The notes below the pieces were generated by a model that did no database searches, was not told the DNA's origin, and was given only the letters and a program-made list of their open reading frames with translations. This document shows, one piece after another, positions 59,801 through 64,000 of a stretch of DNA of 64,000 nucleotides. The DNA comes from a virus, in IMG/VR virus record IMGVR_UViG_3300015202_000005, positions 1,947 through 65,946 of that record. One strand, 5' to 3'. The position numbers and the translations under genes were made by a program. Positions within the stretch are counted from its first letter, which is position 1. Every line of letters starts with the position of its first letter.

Positions 59801-62800
59801 TCTATATTATCTGCTGTTGATGCTAATGTTGGAATAAAAAATGAAGTATCAGGTAAATTATTAATTATAGTTTGAGCATTTGCACTTAAATCTGATTTAA
59901 CTACATCTCGTATAATTGATTTAGGTACAGGATTTTCTTCTTTTTTAATTCCTAATTCTTCTATTGCATCAATATTTATTTTTTGTTCAGCTTGAGATTC
60001 CCCTTTTACAGGGAAACCAACTTCTTTTTTAGGTCTGTCACGTTTCTTTTTTTCTTGTTCTACTGTTATTGGTTTAACAACTTCCATTAACTCTTCAGCA
60101 ATTGTAGACTTATCTTCTACTTTTTCTTTTACTAATTCTTCTTCCTGGTCTTTAGTAATTTTAGCTTGTTCCTCTTCTTTACTAATATTGTTTTCTAATT
60201 TATAAATTTCATCGTTAATATCGTTTAACTTTTTATTTATTTTTTCATTGTTTTTAAAATCAACCTGTAAATCTTCAATGTCATTTTTTAGATTTGTTAA
60301 TCTAATTACTTTTTCATCATTACTTTCTGTATTTTTTGCATTTTTATATGTTGCATTATGTGAATTAATTAAAGACTCTAAAGCATAATCTCCATTACCT
60401 ACCTCACTGTCTTTACTATCTATATTTTCCTCAACATTCTCTACCTTTTTTTCTTCAGTTTTAGCAGATGTATTTACTGTATCTGTACTTCTATTATTAT
60501 ATCTATTAGTAGCACTATCAATTATACGTCTAGCTTCTTCTTTTTTATCAATATCATAATCAGCAAATTCATCTCTTTTTTTATTTAAATATTCAAGATT
60601 TACTTTTCCTGTATTTTCAGCTGTTATAATATCAGAATGTAATTTATCAATTCCTTTAGTTTCTTCAACTGTTTTAATATTAGCTTGTTCTGCTCTAATC
60701 ATTTTGATTAAATTAAAACCTACTAATTTACTGTGCGCTTTCTCTGATATATTAGATAATGATTTTAAATAAGTAGCTTCTACTTTAGCTTTAACAACAC
60801 TACCGTCAACTCTGTTAATAACTTCATCCATTGTTTCATCTAAATATTTAGATGAATTGTTAGTATGGTAATCATCTAAAAACTTAGATTGCTCCTCTAG
60901 TTTTGCAATCTCATTATTAATCAGTTCTTTTTTCTCTGCATTTACTTTATTATCAGTCTTTACTTTTTCTAATTGTTGAATAGTAGCTCTAATACCTATT
61001 TTGTTTAAAGCGTTATTACCATTTTCAATACTTTGTAAATCCTGGTTTTCTCCCTGTAAAAGGGAACTCTTGGTTTCTGATAATTTAACTCTGTCTCTTA
61101 AATCATTATTATTTAACTCACTAATTACATATCTTTGTAATGCATAATCTTTTACAGATTGGTCTGCATTTTCTGATGCTAATTTGCTAGCATATTTGTC
61201 ATATATTCTTTGTGTAGTTTCTATTTTATGTATAAAATCATTAGCTATATTTGCATGGTCTTCATCTGTTAAATTCTGTTGAGTAGCATTACTTAATGTT
61301 TTTAATTCATCACCACCTTTACTACTTTCTAACATATCTTTTAACAACTCACTGTTACCATGTTTAGCTGCATTTAAGCTAAGACTAACTGCTAGGTTGT
61401 CTTTTACATTAGCAACACTAGTAGTAAAATCTTCATCAGTTATTTTGCCATCTTTCTTTTGTTGTACTAACGCATTAATATCTGCATTTGCTGTTTTAAT
61501 TGTAACTGCTCTATCTTTAATTTCATTAATACGTTGTGTTTCTGGTGTAACTAAATTAGGGTGAAACATTTTATCAACTCTACTTAGTATTTTTGGAGCT
61601 ACGCCACTAAATACCATACCACCTAATAAACCAAAAAATCCTGCTTCATGTGCTTTACTATCAGCCAAACTTTCTACATATTGATTTGTAATATCACTAC
61701 CAGTTATATTTCCTTTATTATTTAATTCTTTATCAGCTTTCTTTTCTCCTAATTTTGTAGAATAATAATTTTGAAATTCCTCTAAATACTCACTACCAGA
61801 TTCTACTGCTAAATATTTTGTATAATTACCTAACTGCTTTGCTCTACTTGCAGCTGTGTATTCTTTACCCATACTTTCAGCTTGTGCTTTAGCAATACCA
61901 TGTGTCATTTCTTCACTTTCAGAAGCTAAGTGACTACCTAGTAATCCTGCCATTTTATAAGCTGCAAATACTTCTAATACATCAAATACTAAGTTTACAG
62001 AGTTAGCTTTATAGTCAACAAATGCTGCTTTATTTGCCATAAATTTAGCAAATTCATCTTTACTAGTACCTACACCTCCACTTCTAAATTCTTTACCTGT
62101 TTCTGTATCTAGTAAATCTTGATATTCTTTATCATTTAATTTACCTATTTTGTCTTTAATCTTTGGGTATAAATCATTAAACTGTTGTCCAGATTCTTGA
62201 GCATTTTCAGCACCTCTCATTAATATAGAAGTTGCTAAAGGTTTTGCACCAATTTTAATATACTTACCTGTTGTATCAAAAGCGTTAGCTGCTGTTTCAC
62301 CCATACCATATTCTGCACCAGATTTAATTGTAAGTTTAGAAGCTAACGCAGCAGCACGTTCTTCTCCTAATGCAAGTTTACCTAATGCTCCAATACCTTC
62401 CCCTGCTTTTCCTAATACACTTAATAAACCATCACTAGCTATTAACATACCTACTGTACTACCAACACTAACTAAACCATTAGCCCACCAACCACTATCA
62501 GTCATATTCCATGATTTATCTGGGTCATGTACTGTAATAGGTGCTACACGTTTACCAAATTCATCTACTGATTCACCTGCTTTAATTAAAAAGTTATCAC
62601 TCCATAAATCATTTTCATTATGTATAATTGCAGCTTTTGCCATATTTTCAATACCACCTAAATATTGTAATGCTTGTGAACCTATTGTAGTAGCAAGTTG
62701 AACACCAAACCCTGCTATATTTTTTAATATATCAGTACCTTTATCAAATATATTTCTATCATTATAAACTTGGTCTCTATAACTATCTAAGTTTTCTACA

Positions 62801-63009
62801 TAAGGATTTATTAATGAATCTTTAGATATTGCAGCTACATCAGAAACCTTTATAGGACTTAAATGTTCTGAATCACTATACAACGGTTGAATAGCATTGT
62901 ATTTTTTTGTATTATTAACCAATAAATTACTATCCTTAAATGGGTTGTAATTAACGTCATTAATTTTAGTAGTATCTGTATCAATACTATTTAATTTATT
63001 ATCAGGCAT
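50869..63009 (-). CDS. giant virion protein containing the crAss-type virion RNA polymerase
   Basis: 4046 aa; DFDVD at 53458-53472, LGYRIPT, KINTADAQ; HEAFH at 58072-58086; hydrophobic Gly-rich N-terminal segments. Confidence 0.85.
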   Translation of the reverse strand: MPDNKLNSIDTDTTKINDVNYNPFKDSNLLVNNTKKYNAIQPLYSDSEHLSPIKVSDVAAISKDSLINPYVENLDSYRDQVYNDRNIFDKGTDILKNIAGFGVQLATTIGSQALQYLGGIENMAKAAIIHNENDLWSDNFLIKAGESVDEFGKRVAPITVHDPDKSWNMTDSGWWANGLVSVGSTVGMLIASDGLLSVLGKAGEGIGALGKLALGEERAAALASKLTIKSGAEYGMGETAANAFDTTGKYIKIGAKPLATSILMRGAENAQESGQQFNDLYPKIKDKIGKLNDKEYQDLLDTETGKEFRSGGVGTSKDEFAKFMANKAAFVDYKANSVNLVFDVLEVFAAYKMAGLLGSHLASESEEMTHGIAKAQAESMGKEYTAASRAKQLGNYTKYLAVESGSEYLEEFQNYYSTKLGEKKADKELNNKGNITGSDITNQYVESLADSKAHEAGFFGLLGGMVFSGVAPKILSRVDKMFHPNLVTPETQRINEIKDRAVTIKTANADINALVQQKKDGKITDEDFTTSVANVKDNLAVSLSLNAAKHGNSELLKDMLESSKGGDELKTLSNATQQNLTDEDHANIANDFIHKIETTQRIYDKYASKLASENADQSVKDYALQRYVISELNNNDLRDRVKLSETKSSLLQGENQDLQSIENGNNALNKIGIRATIQQLEKVKTDNKVNAEKKELINNEIAKLEEQSKFLDDYHTNNSSKYLDETMDEVINRVDGSVVKAKVEATYLKSLSNISEKAHSKLVGFNLIKMIRAEQANIKTVEETKGIDKLHSDIITAENTGKVNLEYLNKKRDEFADYDIDKKEEARRIIDSATNRYNNRSTDTVNTSAKTEEKKVENVEENIDSKDSEVGNGDYALESLINSHNATYKNAKNTESNDEKVIRLTNLKNDIEDLQVDFKNNEKINKKLNDINDEIYKLENNISKEEEQAKITKDQEEELVKEKVEDKSTIAEELMEVVKPITVEQEKKKRDRPKKEVGFPVKGESQAEQKINIDAIEELGIKKEENPVPKSIIRDVVKSDLSANAQTIINNLPDTSFFIPTLASTADNIDGGELIKNNDGSYSLTKELEPAYKELRNIKEGDTVTIKEGKPNPYETKYKIRPIHIISNGVTIGKLNTIAGVNNGINKTLTLIETANKTKSPVSSLTDLLKKERLTIQFLETVIPQVLTGKEFTTVVTTKTSGTLIENEWSPLNDKLTPYELFQVKDSYTLESIKDGKEHYAPVGSNSIYYNADRAYTEGLMYAMVKGLDGKDIPIYLNTATVNSNDTNKLKNSIIDLITLMQNANRNGTTIRFDSAVIKNHLKDIKSIIRTNTVLDSSGIFYSPTFKVTENGIDFIYDDGTKLASLKIKDNIYLELQSLKNVQKQYTNKEEFETKAEVKKEKLLSDIGDTGYNNIIEELTKTLGTLQYNIPYSLTKSFEDDALTSAEKSKVITELKGRLLTNAGVLLDSKGNKISNFISKLGSGEKAKGNFRIELSGKITDSGSKSDVVASEKSEVELIPTIETETVNSVKTADLPTSNSVFEEKTPINTSNLDSVVVERSTDYEAPQSGLDGDFMRQSGILETPIKQDEVVIKNNINRILGKNNNTQIVENLVHNGTKLYGMYHNDMITIARFSPRGVEYHEAFHRIMDLSLTNDEKSAVLAEAKSRYGKSANLDESLAEEFRSYANNKDTDYPLLNAIRNFFDKILYYINNILGNTSIDNLFRGVNSGVFRTTNNTSSGITNYMTEESLANDFTPQETEAYTNYMFGKTAEWYSKFAIYNNAELAKLAIINDKTVLPIITSNEVVMAGLVNSLKSSTDVVKQLALTRIIEDVKKGKNSELLNALKDKVKLKLDIKLNINEDVSYVNDDTVDFSPEQKKSWDDKLDARKSLKLEFSSELRWLIISTQKLSKFDYSFDGEKVVFDTSKKEQYENPAGLPQYLDFDRVYPLLQARMVNSGNLKEMMSRLFELRTVEPSIGLLWLKLNQMNTNYDVKGNRTDYKDSFLNKWYINFNKSYVTAEHVRVTAVPDGLLIKRDISNKEHTLSNSWSNNIKLLISEHNANRQNDEYTSQYNTASEIEATDAIQKLDKQVRERTLNIDELVIETQKLAKLIGFDLPAKITKSILNSYVLIKAKTDNRNSDIISYFNDNILKQLKFLKSTVFADTTNKSNLKFRDSGNLNKIADSYSYFLYDSKEASYLDTNGNLVYSYNKPSWSLRFFDKIKRVFDVYNMDVDGAKQEVLETLKDYLQDSSFRHSNYFNKNGLLTADGLTKDLSELTINDLNLNNLENFNIHKTDGLKDTVNGKGYQYDKQSDDDFYLSRLVTYLTSKPGFVSMPVEIKSDSTNNWIIQGVHFPVIEEGKYVLQNRKFNDTTSLAFRSMYNTYLQEKERMINARNYLFATYNPNKNNVYNVSDFNENSFDVKPNMTVGDIVRSSSKQGVVSDIRGEKAIIKLIDNSINKTDDHKFVAVEKDNIVGQQLYYHYVKLDNNSKPILFQNSIKNEGVFVTGRVFDFHNMKHLLGNGEHNMFDKEEENGELVKGAVEFTKAVNAQGQDIHNLYIEDLAKKQQVASQVVDYVNSFTNWLVTDTFNRYKSLQPIISKMKNTDNVRLLHNYSNDDEKVEFEQFISDIAINGYLHLTEQKGFFTGNVSEYKNVKDTNKRSKQTDSPSQTTLDNGKKNHRYIIGKDIELKSSEISTIVSGLKESLDITNPEFKDMLISENITNKNFTPSNKKEELIRSTIEPYLKINTADAQGYITLDQSKYLIKKAGRWNVMYDAIWSKFENAEKLNESELNELARINGYLQVLKPFSYTRKYDPITNSVRSLQIKTSVVTLLPLLTKGTQLEDIANNMKSVGADALYFQSAIKVGMFPTSNLTDDLGNLLPDFAKNVTVHETPEADWGIQLDVPSHLKDEVNKHGLQIQKIAISNLDTKATYELNGNKVNGTAIIDELHKMQIANIVESKQNLLKRIGARSTRKGYKFENLNKLRDIIIKEAIDKGIPEDTLKGFEIKDGRFKVPLFNGGLSDKLEAVLTSLFTNNVTVQKINGNHVTLISDALITKFKNTKIKEDTNLPTGIEIHDSIKERYESPNFRLRTMQLINGKVQNAEAFLPAWTKKFFNNGERISINDIPQELREFLGYRIPTEAKYSGVLFDVVGFLPEEMDSSIILPHELVAQTGWDFDVDSLYNMGRAVEKTKDGINAIRYDDSKTVEKNTKQQRDSRIFDIYKAIWSNPYHYREITTGGRMDDPKALIAKYNKLAANPIKDYINANTIIGQDKFRQLAIKGIGLKGIAASINGYAPILQIVKAQFTDGFVVKYDKSKFDIKQLIEKYGEDNVLYNDNVVYINHKNIAHNVDGTYTNVEGNNTTDHLAQMLAMIVDIIKEGVPTNINEYTYNTFAAMVLSGIPIEYAGMFIAQPVIKKLANMSMKSTGITADKQKIISTVKKQFQIELLKQLHKKEVISEEFLKKQSKDSYGKPSGIFTFNKETKKWEYNGNDDKFYLERADTEKILGYDPDRQIALSQEELDKQITLNEVVRVKDTDILIHLYTTQLRLLELWNGNLKLGYKKIGDGLGDAIRLFATDKIGAGFDATESFSDTASRVNRNSVITIKRDTQDVSVNKLFTKDSHRYKTLKAFIDNSNVPSLELFSPLFIQQSNYFKGAQDNILTGINKSEVTRKIANTFLTKLIYLNSPYLQDFDKKEVLGIDKKPTLGKINAITDISIQDFKKLSAANQLYYVKQFADVDNTSFLHYLNYEIDEFNINKKQIHNIVFDKPKVSDNLDKDLIKSFEDILYGDTGNNEINPYMKVLGKNLIAYDMFTAGGIYNANSWNNIIPTEYLENVMKMPEYLYDLQDSMKVGFSSAEDFGTHYSGKMIVYNDNVNKNYEYSDVLNLNVDDKLFNIYNAYLRELFIINNSDNVNIVPRLSGIKEINEGMDTILISRSRVSQLDIDNTPEIYFTHNTVISDEYGQERDTIINKLYKGVITQESQDKYTIFEISKQGGKFIGLGIDENYVKIRNVESEEIYANKVKMMNEGKIDEEKGLDCV

Positions 63010-63012
63010 TTT

Positions 63013-64000
63013 TTATTTATTTAATAAAGTATGTAATGACACTTGCAATTCTCTTTTTGTTTTATAATTAAAAGTATTAGGGTCTTCATTAGTTCCTATA
63101 ATTACTTCATCGTGTTTTACTCCAGGATTTTGATTATTTATAAATCGTAACTTTTTACCATTTGCGTCAACTATAACAGCACTATACATTGGTTGAATAC
63201 TAACGTCTCCACTTTTATTATTTCTACTTTCTATCATACGTCTAATAATTTTATACTCTATACCTCCTGCATTTTGTATTTTAGGGTTAGAATCTAAAAC
63301 TTGTTGTACAGATGTATTTTGATTAAAATTAGCATATCCTGCTGTATATTTATCTATATCAATAGGTATAACATCATTTAATGTTGCCTCTGCAAGTTGA
63401 GAGTTAAACGTATTATATTCAGGTGAATCTTTAGGAAACCTATTTGTTAAACCTTGTAATATATTAATTCTTGTTCCTACACCTCCATCCATTTCTTTTT
63501 TATTATATATAGGAACACTTGCTACTATATCACCAAGTTTATCTTTAATTACAGCATGATTAGCCCATCTTTGTACACCTCCTGCACTAAGGTTAGCATC
63601 TGCAAATGAAACTGTAAGTTCATTTTTTTTATCTTTATTACCCATATGTGTATCATACAATTCTTTAAAATCATGTATTACTCCTGCTTTATCTACATAA
63701 CTATAAGATTCAGGTACTTGATTAGCCATATCAGTTAATGTCTTATTAATAGGAGTTAAGTAACTATTTTTACCTGCATTATCTGCATATACATTATAAT
63801 TAAAACCTGGTAAATTACCTCCGCCTGGTATGTTAGGTTGTTTTTCATAAGTATTAATAGCCTCAATTATTCCATTATTTCTAGATATAAAGTCTTTACT
63901 TTGTTGACTTTGATTTATAGATGTATTAGGATTACCATTAGGATATGATTGTATATTTCCCATAAAACTACCTAAAGTTCCTTGTTCTGTTGCTTTTAAT
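63013..64000 (-). CDS. C-terminal part of another virion cargo protein (truncated by the window)
   Basis: The frame stays open from the window edge (LKATEQGTLGSF) into MGNIQ. Confidence 0.7.
   Translation of the reverse strand, partial: LKATEQGTLGSFMGNIQSYPNGNPNTSINQSQQSKDFISRNNGIIEAINTYEKQPNIPGGGNLPGFNYNVYADNAGKNSYLTPINKTLTDMANQVPESYSYVDKAGVIHDFKELYDTHMGNKDKKNELTVSFADANLSAGGVQRWANHAVIKDKLGDIVASVPIYNKKEMDGGVGTRINILQGLTNRFPKDSPEYNTFNSQLAEATLNDVIPIDIDKYTAGYANFNQNTSVQQVLDSNPKIQNAGGIEYKIIRRMIESRNNKSGDVSIQPMYSAVIVDANGKKLRFINNQNPGVKHDEVIIGTNEDPNTFNYKTKRELQVSLHTLLNK

Larger units (their letters stand above)
1084..61059. repeat. dispersed motif TTACAGGGAR with degenerate upstream inverted half-site
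   Basis: Exact copies: (+) 1084, 16438, 24116, 31069, 35495, 50565, 55938, 60006; (-) 8688, 31795, 41756, 50488, 61050; near matches at 3810, 5861, 11414, 13674, 44151, 47213. Confidence 0.9.

Noticed and set aside
1-64000. Stop-codon reassignment (known in some crAss-like phages)
   Set aside because: Code 11 gives dense, intact ORFs up to 4046 aa; TAG (e.g. 37132-37134) and TGA (e.g. 24044-24046) end genes at normal junctions
1-64000. Diversity-generating retroelement, integrase or invertible region
   Set aside because: No reverse transcriptase or recombinase motifs and no long near-identical TR/VR pair seen in this window

Overview
A 64-kb segment of an AT-rich (about 28% GC by eye) crAss-like (Crassvirales-type) dsDNA phage genome, probably infecting a Bacteroidota host (TTTG-N19-20-TAnnTTTG promoters, AT-rich leaders without SD, a Q-rule signal peptide). 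Standard genetic code. Four blocks: (i) 60-17161, minus strand: late/structural operon (IHF-like protein, PD-(D/E)XK nuclease, YkuD-like lysin, TerL, portal, scaffold, MCP, ring and auxiliary capsid proteins); (ii) 17361-24170, plus strand: early-type accessory region with micro-ORFs and many intergenic hairpins; (iii) 24672-46075, plus strand: replication/recombination block (RepL-like protein, Dda-like helicase, GT2, PolA, SF2 and DnaB-like helicases, RecT-like annealase, SSB, primase, RusA-like protein, DUF932, Gp157, MazG-like protein); (iv) 46198-64000, minus strand: giant virion cargo genes, including a 4046-aa protein with TM-like segments, a zincin motif and the DFDVD RNA polymerase motif. 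Most striking unexplained signals: a dispersed quasi-palindromic ~17-bp motif (YYCYYW-WWTAC-AGGGAR; 13 exact TTACAGGGA copies counted by eye) embedded in genes on both strands and in different frames, and a three-copy covarying hairpin in the early region. All family assignments come from motif recognition and synteny, not database searches.
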